DNA of 64,000 nucleotides from an uncultured virus (IMG/VR IMGVR_UViG_3300031134_000641) (taxonomy: Duplodnaviria; Heunggongvirae; Uroviricota; Caudoviricetes): the IMG/VR virus record IMGVR_UViG_3300031134_000641; one strand, given 5' to 3'. Below the pieces are notes generated by a model that saw only the letters and a program-made list of their open reading frames with translations, made no database searches and was not told the origin of the DNA. Position 1 is the first letter of the stretch. Each line of letters starts with the position of its first letter. Of this stretch, positions 9,515-19,428 are shown piece by piece. Position numbers and translations under genes: made by a program.

Positions 9515-11200
9515 ATGAAACCATTCGTTTCTTATGACGGAAAAGATGAAAACAACGTCCGCGCTGAGGTTCACGTAAACCAGAACACAGGCATTATCTC
9601 AGATATCAAAGAGGGAGATAAAGGCACCGCAGATGTTCACTTTAAGGTGGAAGGGCTAAAGTTCCCAATCCACGGCTGGGTGGGTATGGACGACAACGTT
9701 TACAAAGCAGCTGTTGAGGCGAAAGCCAAAAACGAGACTGTTGAGTTCAGGATTGAATCTCAGCGTAAGCGAAAAGTTGACCGCACCATTCCTATTGCTG
9801 AACTACGTTCATCAACTGACCTAGCACGTGAGAACACAACTCCTATTCTTGCTGGCATCAACGGGCTTCTTTCAAGCGAGGCTGTTACTAACCCTCGTGA
9901 AGACCCAAAGCAGACTTCTGGTGGACGTTACAGTGCAACAGATGAGGACATGGAAGCTCCTGCTGGTAATAACAACGGAGCAGTTGGCTCCAGCTTAAAC
10001 GCTGGTGCTTTACTTGATGTTCTTACAAAGATATCAGGTGAGTCCAACGTCACCAACGATGTTGTTGCTGTTGTCGCTGGTCTTGCTTTGGCTGCCGGTG
10101 CGGATGCTACAGCTATCCACAGTGCTGTAGCTGGCAAGGACCGCCGCGATTCAACTCAGCCAGAGCCACGTCAGTCTTTCTCAGTGGAAGCACCAGCTTG
10201 GAAAGAGTTCAACAGTGATGGTCGTTTTAACTTAGGTTCCTCAGCTGTCCAGGCAGGCGTAGGAACAGAGGTATTCGTTCGTCGTCTGCTCAGTGAGATT
10301 AACTCTGAAGCTCTTCTTCAGGATAAAGGCTTCGCAGCGGTTGACTACTTCACAGGCCTTGTCCTCGCCATTGCTGACCGCGTTCAGGTAGCAAGCTACG
10401 GTGAAGGCTTCAAAGCTGACCGTGGTGCACAGTCTCACACACGTGTTCGTGGTATTGTCTACGACACAATTGAACACTACTGCCCTCTTCCTGTCGCCGC
10501 TGACCTTACAATCAACGGTGACGCTCAGGCAACCATCAAAGAATGGGTTGCCAGCGTAGGTAAGCTTTCAGTTGGACGTTTCCGTACTGCTGTTGAGCGT
10601 TCCAGTGTCATCACTGGTTTCCAGATTGAAATTCCAGCATCTTTAATTAATGGTAGCTCTCAGAAAGTCGTAGACGCTACCGCTAGTGCCCCTGTAACAC
10701 CGCCTAAGCCAGTTTCAGCACCAGAGCCAGTAGTTGAGTCTCCTACCCCTGCTGAGCCTGTACAAAGCATTACAGCCCCTCAGGAGGAACTTCCGGAGGA
10801 GCCAACAGATGAGGAAGAACCTCCCGCAGAGGAGCAGTTTGTTGAAAGTGTAGTCGTATACGATGAGACTGACAGCGAACAAGAATCTGAAAATAATGCC
10901 GATACTCTAAACATGTTCCCCAAGAACCTGTTGGATGAGTCCATTCTAGTCAATGGTTCTCTTCCAGCTGATAAGGCACCATCAGAAGAGAACAAGTCCA
11001 TGTTCCGCGAGTTTGTCAACGAATCTGAGCTTCCTCAGGAAGAGCTTTACAAAGTTGCTCGTCTGCTAGCTTGGACATTCGGCCCAAGCTTTGGCAAGGT
11101 AGCAAACATTCCTGATGAGGTTCTACAGGACTTCCTTGACTTCTACATTGCTGATGGAACAGAACATTTCATTGAAGTACTAAACAAAGTTGCGGAATAA
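9515..11200 (+). CDS. Hypothetical protein in recombination module
   Basis: 561 aa ORF with strong SD, between the exonuclease and RuvC-like genes. Confidence 0.6.
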   Translation: MKPFVSYDGKDENNVRAEVHVNQNTGIISDIKEGDKGTADVHFKVEGLKFPIHGWVGMDDNVYKAAVEAKAKNETVEFRIESQRKRKVDRTIPIAELRSSTDLARENTTPILAGINGLLSSEAVTNPREDPKQTSGGRYSATDEDMEAPAGNNNGAVGSSLNAGALLDVLTKISGESNVTNDVVAVVAGLALAAGADATAIHSAVAGKDRRDSTQPEPRQSFSVEAPAWKEFNSDGRFNLGSSAVQAGVGTEVFVRRLLSEINSEALLQDKGFAAVDYFTGLVLAIADRVQVASYGEGFKADRGAQSHTRVRGIVYDTIEHYCPLPVAADLTINGDAQATIKEWVASVGKLSVGRFRTAVERSSVITGFQIEIPASLINGSSQKVVDATASAPVTPPKPVSAPEPVVESPTPAEPVQSITAPQEELPEEPTDEEEPPAEEQFVESVVVYDETDSEQESENNADTLNMFPKNLLDESILVNGSLPADKAPSEENKSMFREFVNESELPQEELYKVARLLAWTFGPSFGKVANIPDEVLQDFLDFYIADGTEHFIEVLNKVAE

Positions 11201-11202
11201 AC

Positions 11203-11715
11203 TTGATAACAATAGGCATTGACCCGGGGGCGAGATATACAGCCGTCGTCGTACGAGAGTATGATGACGTGCTGCTCGCCTCCACCTACGTCAGACCACA
11301 GGACATGGCACCAGTCACATGGGCTACAAATGTTGTTGAAATGATTCAACGAGACATTATACCTCTCTACCCTGATGCGTATATTGGGATAGAAGGAATT
11401 AGCTCACCCAAAGGTTACCAGAATGGTAAGCTAGCCCCTATTAACCCCAAAGATATCATCAAGGCAGGCATGGTGTTAGGCACTCTCGCGCTGGCTTTCA
11501 AGCCAGTAGGTGCTGTCATTGTTCCCCCTAAGAAGAATGGGTCAACAGGAGAGTACCCTGAATGCCTTAATGGTCGCAGGCCAAAGGATCTAGCAGGTTC
11601 CTCTGTCGGTGCTGGTACTAGAAACCACGAAAAATCAGCTTATGACGTTGCCGGTAAGGTCATGTTCCTACGTAATGATGGTTTTATTTTAGATGAAAGA
11701 ACAGAAATTGTATAA
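11203..11715 (+). CDS. RuvC-like Holliday junction resolvase
   Basis: N-terminal IGIDPG, central IGIE, RNase H-like pattern. Confidence 0.7.
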   Translation: MITIGIDPGARYTAVVVREYDDVLLASTYVRPQDMAPVTWATNVVEMIQRDIIPLYPDAYIGIEGISSPKGYQNGKLAPINPKDIIKAGMVLGTLALAFKPVGAVIVPPKKNGSTGEYPECLNGRRPKDLAGSSVGAGTRNHEKSAYDVAGKVMFLRNDGFILDERTEIV

Positions 11716-12019
11716 CGAAGAAACACCACGTCCAGTCAAAGAGAAAAAGCCTCAGAAGAAGCATAAACTCCATGATATTCGGCTGCACACCAACATTGGC
11801 GATAATGACTTGAAAGTTAAACTCAAGCAGGTAGAGTCATTCCTTTCCAAAAAAGATCAGGTCCGCATCACAGTTCAACTGCGTGGTAGAGAGAAATCTC
11901 GCCCGCAGTCTGGGTTAGACTTTATCAACAAAATAATTGAACAGTTAGAGCATATAGGTAAGCCTCAAACAATGCCAACGACAGTAAATCTTTCTGTGGT
12001 ATTAAACCCTAAAAAATGA
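11693..12019 (+). CDS. infC: Translation initiation factor IF-3, C-terminal domain only
   Basis: IRLHTNIGDNDLKVKLKQVESFL..DQVRITVQLRGRE matches the IF3-C pattern. Confidence 0.85.
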   Translation: MKEQKLYNEETPRPVKEKKPQKKHKLHDIRLHTNIGDNDLKVKLKQVESFLSKKDQVRITVQLRGREKSRPQSGLDFINKIIEQLEHIGKPQTMPTTVNLSVVLNPKK

Positions 12020-12080
12020 GGTAAAACAAAAAACCATGATAGTATATAAATACAAACGAGATTAAAAGGATAACATTCAA

Positions 12081-12539
12081 ATGGCAGATAACACCCCCTT
12101 CACCGGTAACCTTGGCGCAGACCCTGAGCTTCGCTACACCCCCAACGGTAAAGCCGTAGCTACATTCAACTTAGGTAAGACTGACCGTCGTATGGACCCC
12201 ACCACACGTGAGTGGACAGACGGCGACACACTATGGCTTCGCGTTGAGGTCTGGAATGAGCAGGCTGAGAACGTCGCAGCTTCTCTAACCAAGGGCACCA
12301 GCGTTGTAGTTCTAGGACAGCTTAAGTCCAACAACTACGAAAAAGACGGTGTCAAGCGTGAAGGCGTCAAGGTCGTTGCTGACCTAGTAGCTCCTTCACT
12401 CAAGAACGCTACAGCTAAGGTTGAGCGTAAGGCTCGTGCAGCTGGCGGAAGCAACGGCGGCGGATACTCAGGTGGCGGAAACTCAGCCCCTGCTGGTAAC
12501 GCTGGTAGCTTCGGTGGAAGCGACGACACTCCTTTCTGA
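12081..12539 (+). CDS. ssb: Single-stranded DNA-binding protein (actinobacterial type)
   Basis: GNLGADPELRYTPNGKAVA; AENVAASLTKG; Gly-rich tail ending DDTPF. Confidence 0.95.
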   Translation: MADNTPFTGNLGADPELRYTPNGKAVATFNLGKTDRRMDPTTREWTDGDTLWLRVEVWNEQAENVAASLTKGTSVVVLGQLKSNNYEKDGVKREGVKVVADLVAPSLKNATAKVERKARAAGGSNGGGYSGGGNSAPAGNAGSFGGSDDTPF

Positions 12540-12550
12540 TAGACAGGATA

Positions 12551-12585
12551 AAAGCCCCTCAGAGTCTGACTCTGAGGGGCTTTTT
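12551..12585 (+). terminator. Intrinsic terminator
   Basis: aaagcccctcagagtc-t-gactctgaggggcttttt. Confidence 0.8.
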
Positions 12586-12645
12586 GGTTCCCTGAAACCC
12601 TTTAAAATCAGCGTTTTAGGCTCCCAAGCCGATAGTTTTAGAGTC

Positions 12646-14841
12646 ATGGAACAAAATATCTCTTACTCAATAATCGTTGGAATTGGTTTGCTTATAGGCT
12701 TCCCGGTTCTCCTAGCTGTCGGCAGTTACTTGTGGAACAACAAATGGCGTCCGATGCAGTCAGCTAGAGGAAAAGTGGTGGACAAATTTGGCGGTATCAT
12801 GTCCAGGGCGCAGAAGTTCATCTTCAAAGAGGACAGTCTCACTCTTTCTCCAAAAGTGAAAAGCAAATTCCTAAGAAAACTTATCACTATAAAAAAGATA
12901 TACTTAGCCTTGTTCCTCACATCTTTGGTCATGATTTGGTTCATGAACAACCTGTTTGCCATACCTCTCGTAATCATGCTCATGGTAATGTTCGTAAGAA
13001 CAAGCGCAGTGTTCCGTCAACGTCATGACATTATGATGAAGATGTTTGAAGTTGCCGCGTCTGAGTTCCGTTATGGTCGTGGGACAGAACTAGAAGTACG
13101 TAAGTATGTCAAAATTGTTGAATGGGAGAACAAAGTTGTCCCAAGCAAAACAATTATTACTTACCCTTCTGCATTCAAAGTAGAGAACCCTCAGAACCGT
13201 GACAGCTTTGAGCGTCACTTCAATTCTTCTGTTACAGATGAAAACCTTTGGGACTATGAGTGGGAACCAACAAAACCTCTTGTCATTTGTACACCCGTGC
13301 CTCACTTGAAAGATAGAGCACCTTATCCAGGTGCTGAAATCAATGCTTGGGATGAGTTTGCCGTAGGTGACGGTCTACGAGGACCGGTTGTATACAACGT
13401 TTCTAAAACACCGCACATTCTTGTTTGTGGTCCTACTGGTTCTGGTAAGTCTGTGTTGCAGCGCAACATTCTGTTCCACTGCATTCAGCACAATGATATG
13501 TGGAGATTCCTAGGTGTAGACGTTAAGCGAGTGGAGCTTAGCCCCTACGCTAAATACAAGAACACAGTTCTAGGTATTGGAACAAGCCTTGAAGATGGAG
13601 CCGAAATTGTTGCTTATGCAAAAAAGCAGATGGAAGACCGCTATGAGCACATGGAATCTGTTGGCGTTAACCATTTCCTAGACTTACCTAAGGACCCTAG
13701 TGGCAAGCTTCCTTATTACGCTATCCTTCTTATGATTGATGAGGCGTTCATGTTCATGGGTCTAGAAGGTAACAAAACTGATGAAGGTAAAGCCCGAGAT
13801 GAGTTACACGGTCAAGCTTCATCTATGATTGGTGATATCGCCCGTCTAGGTCGTGCTGCTGGTGTACACCTTGTTATCGCTACACAGCGTCCAGATGCTA
13901 CAGTTATTAAGGGTGAGCTTAAAGCCAACCTTGACACCCGTATTGCTGCGGGTCGTTTGAACTCTGTCTCCTCAAGCATGATCCTTGACTCAATGGAGGG
14001 AACGCTTCTTCCAGGTCACATCAAAGGACGTGGAGCCATCAGTATTAGTGGTGAAGTTGAGCAATTCCAAGGATACTTTGCCGAACAAAAATGGATTGAT
14101 GAATGGTTAGCAAAGCCAGAGAACAAGTGGCGTGAGCCTCAGCTGTTTGATGACGACACTACCAACGATCTTCTTAACTTGGATGACCTTGAAAGCCAGA
14201 TCCCTGGTATCGGTGAAGAAACAGCTGAAGTCCTTGATGAGGCTAAAGAAGATTTCTATGATGAACAGTCTGAGCTACCCATAGACCCAGTTTCGCTGCC
14301 AGTGGCACCGCCTGCTTCTCCTGTAGTGGCTCCTGCGGCCCCTCTAACCATGTCTAAGCCTGTTACATCCCCAGTAGTCAAAGCTACTCCACCTGCGCCT
14401 AGAAGAGTCTCACAGCCTGTACAGCAGTTGACTCCTACCCCTGTGGTAACACCTGCTTTCGTTGATGACTTTGACGACGAAGATGATAACGACACCAACG
14501 ACACTAATGATGGTCTGATAGGTCCTGATGATGTTCGTAATGCAGCTATCTTCGGAGGATTAGACGATAGTGGTTATGACAGTGGCTCTTCAGATGACAA
14601 TGATGAGAAGTATGAGGAATTAGAGTCAGAGGAAGAATACCTGAAGCGTATCTTCCTTCCTAGTACTTCAGATGAGACAACCGCAGTTGCAGCACCACCA
14701 GTGTTCTCACCTGCTAAAAATGGTTTACCTAAGAAACCAGCTGTTGTTGCTCCTAAACCAGTCACCAGCTTCCCTAAGCGTCCTACTCGTCCTCAGGCGG
14801 CACCTGCTAAGCAGTTAGATATAGAAGACTACAACTTTTAA
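12646..14841 (+). CDS. FtsK/SpoIIIE-family membrane ATPase with Pro/acidic tail
   Basis: N-terminal TMs; PHILVCGPTGSGKS; LMIDE; ARLGRAAGVHLVIATQRP. Likely start is ATG 12646, downstream of the terminator. Confidence 0.9.
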   Translation: MEQNISYSIIVGIGLLIGFPVLLAVGSYLWNNKWRPMQSARGKVVDKFGGIMSRAQKFIFKEDSLTLSPKVKSKFLRKLITIKKIYLALFLTSLVMIWFMNNLFAIPLVIMLMVMFVRTSAVFRQRHDIMMKMFEVAASEFRYGRGTELEVRKYVKIVEWENKVVPSKTIITYPSAFKVENPQNRDSFERHFNSSVTDENLWDYEWEPTKPLVICTPVPHLKDRAPYPGAEINAWDEFAVGDGLRGPVVYNVSKTPHILVCGPTGSGKSVLQRNILFHCIQHNDMWRFLGVDVKRVELSPYAKYKNTVLGIGTSLEDGAEIVAYAKKQMEDRYEHMESVGVNHFLDLPKDPSGKLPYYAILLMIDEAFMFMGLEGNKTDEGKARDELHGQASSMIGDIARLGRAAGVHLVIATQRPDATVIKGELKANLDTRIAAGRLNSVSSSMILDSMEGTLLPGHIKGRGAISISGEVEQFQGYFAEQKWIDEWLAKPENKWREPQLFDDDTTNDLLNLDDLESQIPGIGEETAEVLDEAKEDFYDEQSELPIDPVSLPVAPPASPVVAPAAPLTMSKPVTSPVVKATPPAPRRVSQPVQQLTPTPVVTPAFVDDFDDEDDNDTNDTNDGLIGPDDVRNAAIFGGLDDSGYDSGSSDDNDEKYEELESEEEYLKRIFLPSTSDETTAVAAPPVFSPAKNGLPKKPAVVAPKPVTSFPKRPTRPQAAPAKQLDIEDYNF

Positions 14842-14859
14842 TAGAAAGAAAGTACAGTA

Positions 14860-15786
14860 ATGGCAAACGGTTCACGACGTAGAACATCCTCCCGCCGCCC
14901 CCGAGCGGGCAAAAAAGGTGGAGGTATTGTAGGTAAGTTTATTTGGGGAATTGTCGTCCTGAGCCTTATTGTTACCTTCTTCCAAATCCCTCATGACCCA
15001 ACTGTAAAAGGTACTTGGGCAATTATGGTTTCCAAGTCCCAGCAAATTGAGAAATGGGCTACAGGTGTTGGTCAAGGGTTAGAGAACGGTGACATTAACT
15101 TACCTAGTGGTCCTGGTGGAGGAACAGCCGGGGGCGGTTCAGCCCCAGGCGGCGCGGGCGGAACTGGTGGTTCAGGCACAGGTGGGGCAACCGGTGGCGG
15201 TGCACCCGCTTCTGACCCTAGCGCGGCAAACAGCAAGTTAGATACGCTAGCTGTTGCTGACGATCAGAAGGTTGAATATAACCGTAAAGAGTGGAAACAC
15301 TGGATTAACGTGCGCTCATGTTGGAACGTACGTGAGCAGGTCTTAGCTGAAGAAGCAGTACCTGGCTCACTTTCTCTTCTTGATGGTTCAGGTAAAGCAA
15401 CAACTGACCTCAACACTGCCTGCGAAGTTGTCTCCGGTGAGTGGAATGACCCTTACACTGGTAAGAAGTTCACTGACCCAGGTAAGCTAGATGTTGACCA
15501 CATGATTCCTCTAGGCCAGGCAGCTGCCGAAGGTGGACAAGCATGGGACTCAGCTAGAAAACAGGCTTACGCTAACAACTTGGCTTACCCTAACCATCTT
15601 GTAGCTGTAGACGCTTCAGCTAACCGCTCTAAGAGTGACAAAGGTCCAGGCGAATGGAAACCATCTAACAAAGCGTACTGGTGTGAGTATGCTACCGCAC
15701 AAGTAGATATCCGTTCTGAATGGGGTCTGACTGTCAATAAAGCTGACAAAGCAGCCTTAAAAGATATGCTGGCTACCTGTAGCTGA
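14860..15786 (+). CDS. Membrane-anchored extracellular His-Me (DUF1524-like) nuclease
   Basis: TM, Gly linker, YNRKEWKHW, LDVDHMIPL, NRSKSDKGP, CEYA. Confidence 0.85.
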   Translation: MANGSRRRTSSRRPRAGKKGGGIVGKFIWGIVVLSLIVTFFQIPHDPTVKGTWAIMVSKSQQIEKWATGVGQGLENGDINLPSGPGGGTAGGGSAPGGAGGTGGSGTGGATGGGAPASDPSAANSKLDTLAVADDQKVEYNRKEWKHWINVRSCWNVREQVLAEEAVPGSLSLLDGSGKATTDLNTACEVVSGEWNDPYTGKKFTDPGKLDVDHMIPLGQAAAEGGQAWDSARKQAYANNLAYPNHLVAVDASANRSKSDKGPGEWKPSNKAYWCEYATAQVDIRSEWGLTVNKADKAALKDMLATCS

Positions 15787-15871
15787 TTATCCGAAAAACG
15801 TGTAGCCTATCTAGTTTTCCTAGTATTTGTCCGATAATATTAGAGAATTTAACTAGATAGGCTACATAACT

Positions 15872-16321
15872 TTGTCCACCGCATTTAAAATAGAGAATAC
15901 CCCTGGATACATTGCCCCACATGATAAGAAAAGCCTTTTCCTATCAAAAGCATCCTACAAAGAGATATTCCAAAACAAAAGAGCAGGGTCGCTCTTCATA
16001 GCTTTTAAGCTAGCATTAGTAGCAATATTCGCATTCGGTTTTCTGTTCTTCCATCTTCTCGGCATGATAATTCTATTTTTCAGTTTAGCTGCTATTTCTA
16101 TTGTATTAGATAAAGAGCTTTTGAGGCTTGCTCGGGTAGAAATATCCCCTGGTCGTTTGGAGTTCGGCGGAGATTTTGCTGAAGGATGGTATCCGGACCC
16201 GTGGGCTTTCGGTAAACCAAATCTTGTTCGCTACTGGGATGGGGCAGAATGGTCTGTTGATAACAAAGTAGCTCAAAAAAAATCACTCCCCGATAGGAAT
16301 ATACCTGTAAACATTAAATGA
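15872..16321 (+). CDS. DUF2510-domain membrane protein
   Basis: GWYPDPW..RYWDGAEWS motif after two TMs. Confidence 0.75.
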   Translation: MSTAFKIENTPGYIAPHDKKSLFLSKASYKEIFQNKRAGSLFIAFKLALVAIFAFGFLFFHLLGMIILFFSLAAISIVLDKELLRLARVEISPGRLEFGGDFAEGWYPDPWAFGKPNLVRYWDGAEWSVDNKVAQKKSLPDRNIPVNIK

Positions 16322-16338
16322 AAGATTAAGGTAGAGAC

Positions 16339-16524
16339 ATGTTTGGCTGGTTGAGAAACTTAGGGGTTACCCTCATTGTGTTGGCTGTTGCCCTAGCTAT
16401 CTATAAAATGTATGGTGGCGATTTAACTGGCTTCCTCACTCTTATCTACGATGTTCTTTGGGGCATTGTTGATGCTGTATCAAACGTCATGGTCAAAGCT
16501 TGGACCGCAGTGTTTGGTAGCTAA
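16339..16524 (+). CDS. Small membrane protein
   Basis: 61 aa hydrophobic ORF with SD, followed by a terminator. Confidence 0.55.
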   Translation: MFGWLRNLGVTLIVLAVALAIYKMYGGDLTGFLTLIYDVLWGIVDAVSNVMVKAWTAVFGS

Positions 16525-16677
16525 CACGTGAAATGAGGTTGTTCGGGTGACGTTATCTTGAACATTTCACGGCCCGGAGTCAGTGGTTTTAAGCCTTCCA
16601 CTGATTCCGGGCTTTTTCATGCCCTGAACCGATGTTATATGATAAGATAATACAGATTTGGAAAACGGAGAAACTTT

Positions 16678-17511
16678 ATGGTTATGGGGCCAACCCACTC
16701 AATGAGTGGAGCAGCAGCCTGGTTAGCTGGAGTAGCTATCTACTCAAACTTAACCCAAACACCGATTGACCCAGCTTTACTTGTATTGGGAACAGCTGTG
16801 TCCGCTGGTGCTGCCTTAGCCCCCGACATTGACTCAAACAGTTCTACTGTTGTTCGCTCATTTGGTTTTGTTGGTAAAGGCCTGCATCATGCTGTTAACA
16901 TCCTCAGTGTTGCTATATACAACATCACACGAAGACGCAAGGATGAACCTAGAGAAAATGGGCACCGAACGTTGTTCCACACGGGTGTTTTTGCTATCCT
17001 CGCTGGAGGTTTGACAGCGCTAGCGGCATTGTCAACAGGTGATGCCATTACGGTGGCGGGGACCACGCTCTCATGGGGCCAAGTGTTCTCCCTGATCATC
17101 ATGACTGTGTTCACTCATCTAGCTCTCGCTGGACTGTTTGAAAAGCCCATCAAAAAAGCGAGAAAAGCTTTTGGTCCTCTACCCCTTCTAGCCATGTCTC
17201 TAGTAATTACTATTGCGACAGCTATCCTTTTGCCTCCAGCAGACGGGGCTTCTTATTCATGGCTTGGGCTGGCTGTAGGATTCGGTTGGTTCATGCATCT
17301 TCTAGGTGATGCTATTACCAAAATGGGTGTTCCTCTGGCATGGCCTCTACCCATTCGTGGTCGTGCTTGGTGGGATGTTTCTCTTCCAGGTTTCATGAGA
17401 ATCACAGCAGGTGGAACATTTGAGTACGTTTTCTTGTTACCTGTATTGACGTTAGCAGCAATTGGTTTCGGAATATGGGATGTAATTATTTGGTCAGGAA
17501 TGGTGAATTAG
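16678..17511 (+). CDS. Membrane metal-dependent hydrolase (YdjM-like)
   Basis: MGPTH, PDID, HRTLFH, HLLGDAITKMGVP motifs. Confidence 0.85.
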   Translation: MVMGPTHSMSGAAAWLAGVAIYSNLTQTPIDPALLVLGTAVSAGAALAPDIDSNSSTVVRSFGFVGKGLHHAVNILSVAIYNITRRRKDEPRENGHRTLFHTGVFAILAGGLTALAALSTGDAITVAGTTLSWGQVFSLIIMTVFTHLALAGLFEKPIKKARKAFGPLPLLAMSLVITIATAILLPPADGASYSWLGLAVGFGWFMHLLGDAITKMGVPLAWPLPIRGRAWWDVSLPGFMRITAGGTFEYVFLLPVLTLAAIGFGIWDVIIWSGMVN

Positions 17512-17515
17512 AAGT

Positions 17516-18010
17516 ATGTCAGAGCCGCAGAACCCTGTAGCTACAGTTAAGCTCGCATATCGTGGGCAAGCGATTAATCTGGATGAGATTCCACATCATG
17601 AACTTCCCCCACCTGGTAGCGTGTCAATTAACTCACAGTTCAAAGACTATGAGCCAGCAATTGATGTTGACTATGAAGACCTACTCTCAGTAAACCGTCA
17701 GCTCATAGAGTTGCGCATGCGAATTCATAGAATCCGTAAAGAGCTTGAAGTCGCTAAACGCCGCGCTTTGGCAGCTAAATATGTTTATGAATCCGAGAAA
17801 AAACGTGTTTGGATTGGTATTACAGGTGGGTCAGATAAAAGTCGTGAGGCGGCAGCTGAGCTTATGTGTGAAGAGTCCCTTACAAAGTACCTTGTTGCAA
17901 ACACTGTAGCAGATGAGATCAACCAGCACTCACGTGACATTAAAACCGAGTTGGACACGCTGAAGGAAATTTCAAACAACCTTCGCCGCCAAATCGGTTT
18001 GAACGACTAA
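17516..18010 (+). CDS. Coiled-coil hypothetical protein
   Basis: 164 aa helical ORF. Confidence 0.55.
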   Translation: MSEPQNPVATVKLAYRGQAINLDEIPHHELPPPGSVSINSQFKDYEPAIDVDYEDLLSVNRQLIELRMRIHRIRKELEVAKRRALAAKYVYESEKKRVWIGITGGSDKSREAAAELMCEESLTKYLVANTVADEINQHSRDIKTELDTLKEISNNLRRQIGLND

Positions 18011-18021
18011 GGTATAAACAC

Positions 18022-18579
18022 ATGCAAGTAAATAAGTCTTTCTCCATCCTAAGTATAATCTTAGGGGCAATATCCTTTGTCGCTGCCACAGTGCTGACCT
18101 TGGATAAAATTAAATTGCTAATGGACCCGTCTTTTGTACCTGCATGTAGCATAAGCCCTTTCGTAGCGTGTGGACCAGTGATGAGTTCACCTCAAGCTTC
18201 TGCATTTATCATACCTAATTCAGTGATAGGTATGATAGCTTTCACCCTAGTCGTATTCATTGGAATATTGTCGCTTTTCACAGTCTTCCCTAGATGGTTC
18301 TGGTATGGGTACACAGCTGGCATAGCGTTAGGAATGGGATTCATTATATGGTTGATGACTCAATCCTTATATGTGATCTCCGCTTTGTGCATATACTGTA
18401 TGTGCGTTTGGGTATGTATGATACTTTTGTTCTGGTTTAGTGTTGGCAATATTGTCAAAGACACAAAGCTTAACTTTATCAACGAATACAAGACCTTATT
18501 CATTATTGCTTCATATGTCGCTGTGGCTTTAGCTATCTTTTTCAGATTTGAAACATACTGGATCTCTCTTTTAAGCTAA
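18022..18579 (+). CDS. Vitamin K epoxide reductase (VKOR) family protein
   Basis: CSISPFVACGPVMSS loop cysteines; TM CIYC (CxxC). Confidence 0.9.
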   Translation: MQVNKSFSILSIILGAISFVAATVLTLDKIKLLMDPSFVPACSISPFVACGPVMSSPQASAFIIPNSVIGMIAFTLVVFIGILSLFTVFPRWFWYGYTAGIALGMGFIIWLMTQSLYVISALCIYCMCVWVCMILLFWFSVGNIVKDTKLNFINEYKTLFIIASYVAVALAIFFRFETYWISLLS

Positions 18580-18609
18580 CCATGTCTTCCGTTCTGTTAT
18601 ATATTAAAC

Positions 18610-19116
18610 ATGCCTAAAGAATACTGCCGTGCTAAGAACCCAGCACAATGCGTTGATTCTAACTGCCCTGAAAAGAGGGGTGTGGCTAACCGCCTTAGTG
18701 CAGCAGTTAAAGCGCAAGACTTTGATGCTTTTGTGTCTGCCAAGCAAGCTGAAGCAAAACCTCGCAAGAAAATAAACCGTGTTCCCAAAACTCGGGATGC
18801 TTTGAAGGCTGAGATAGCAAAGAAATACCCTTCAGTCACTTTCCATTTGAATGGTAGTGAAGCTGACTACGTAGTGCTTGACCTTATTAGCGTACCTAAG
18901 AACTTACGTGGTCAAGGTGTAGCTAAAGAGATTATGCAAAAGCTTGTTGACACTGCCGACCAGAACAGCTGGAATTTGGCTTTGACACCTAGTAATGACT
19001 TTGGAGCAAGCAAACCACGGCTTGAAGCTTTCTATAGAAGCTACGGCTTCGTCAAAAATGCAGGGCGGAACAAAGATTTCACAACTATGAACAGTATGAT
19101 CAGGCCCAAAAGCTAA
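18610..19116 (+). CDS. GNAT acetyltransferase with N-terminal Cys motif
   Basis: VPKNLRGQGVA and FYRSYGF motifs; N-terminal CRAKNPAQC. Confidence 0.8.
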   Translation: MPKEYCRAKNPAQCVDSNCPEKRGVANRLSAAVKAQDFDAFVSAKQAEAKPRKKINRVPKTRDALKAEIAKKYPSVTFHLNGSEADYVVLDLISVPKNLRGQGVAKEIMQKLVDTADQNSWNLALTPSNDFGASKPRLEAFYRSYGFVKNAGRNKDFTTMNSMIRPKS

Positions 19117-19161
19117 TGAGTTAAGCCCCGCAGAATTGATTCTGCGGGGCTTAACTCATTA
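19113..19161. terminator. Bidirectional terminator-like palindrome
   Basis: taatgagttaagccccgcagaat / attctgcggggcttaactcatta between convergent genes. Confidence 0.75.
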
Positions 19162-19203
19162 AACAAACAACCTCAGCTTGCTGCTCTATAAAAGCCTCAG
19201 AAG

Positions 19204-19374
19204 CTATCCTGTGCCTTCTCTGATGGCAATCTCGTCCTCTAGAGCGTTAATAAGTGGAAGTTTTGTTCGCGCTTTAGCTAACAAGTTGTTTTTGATGCAA
19301 TTGTCGTAGCTTTTCATTGTCTCAGCAAGCTTAGCTTTAATTTCTTCTAGGCTTAGTTCAGTTAGATTCTCCAT
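19204..19374 (-). CDS. Small hypothetical protein (56 aa, below ORF-track cutoff)
   Basis: MENLTELSLEEIKAKLAE... read by hand. Confidence 0.45.
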   Translation of the reverse strand: MENLTELSLEEIKAKLAETMKSYDNCIKNNLLAKARTKLPLINALEDEIAIREGTG

Positions 19375-19428
19375 GGTTCAACCAAAGAGTTTGGGCCGCA
19401 TAGAATATTCCATGCGGCCCAAACTCTT

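Noticed and set aside
12421..12645. Upstream extension of the FtsK ORF
   Set aside because: It overlaps ssb and crosses its terminator; ATG 12646 after the CCGATA motif is the better start
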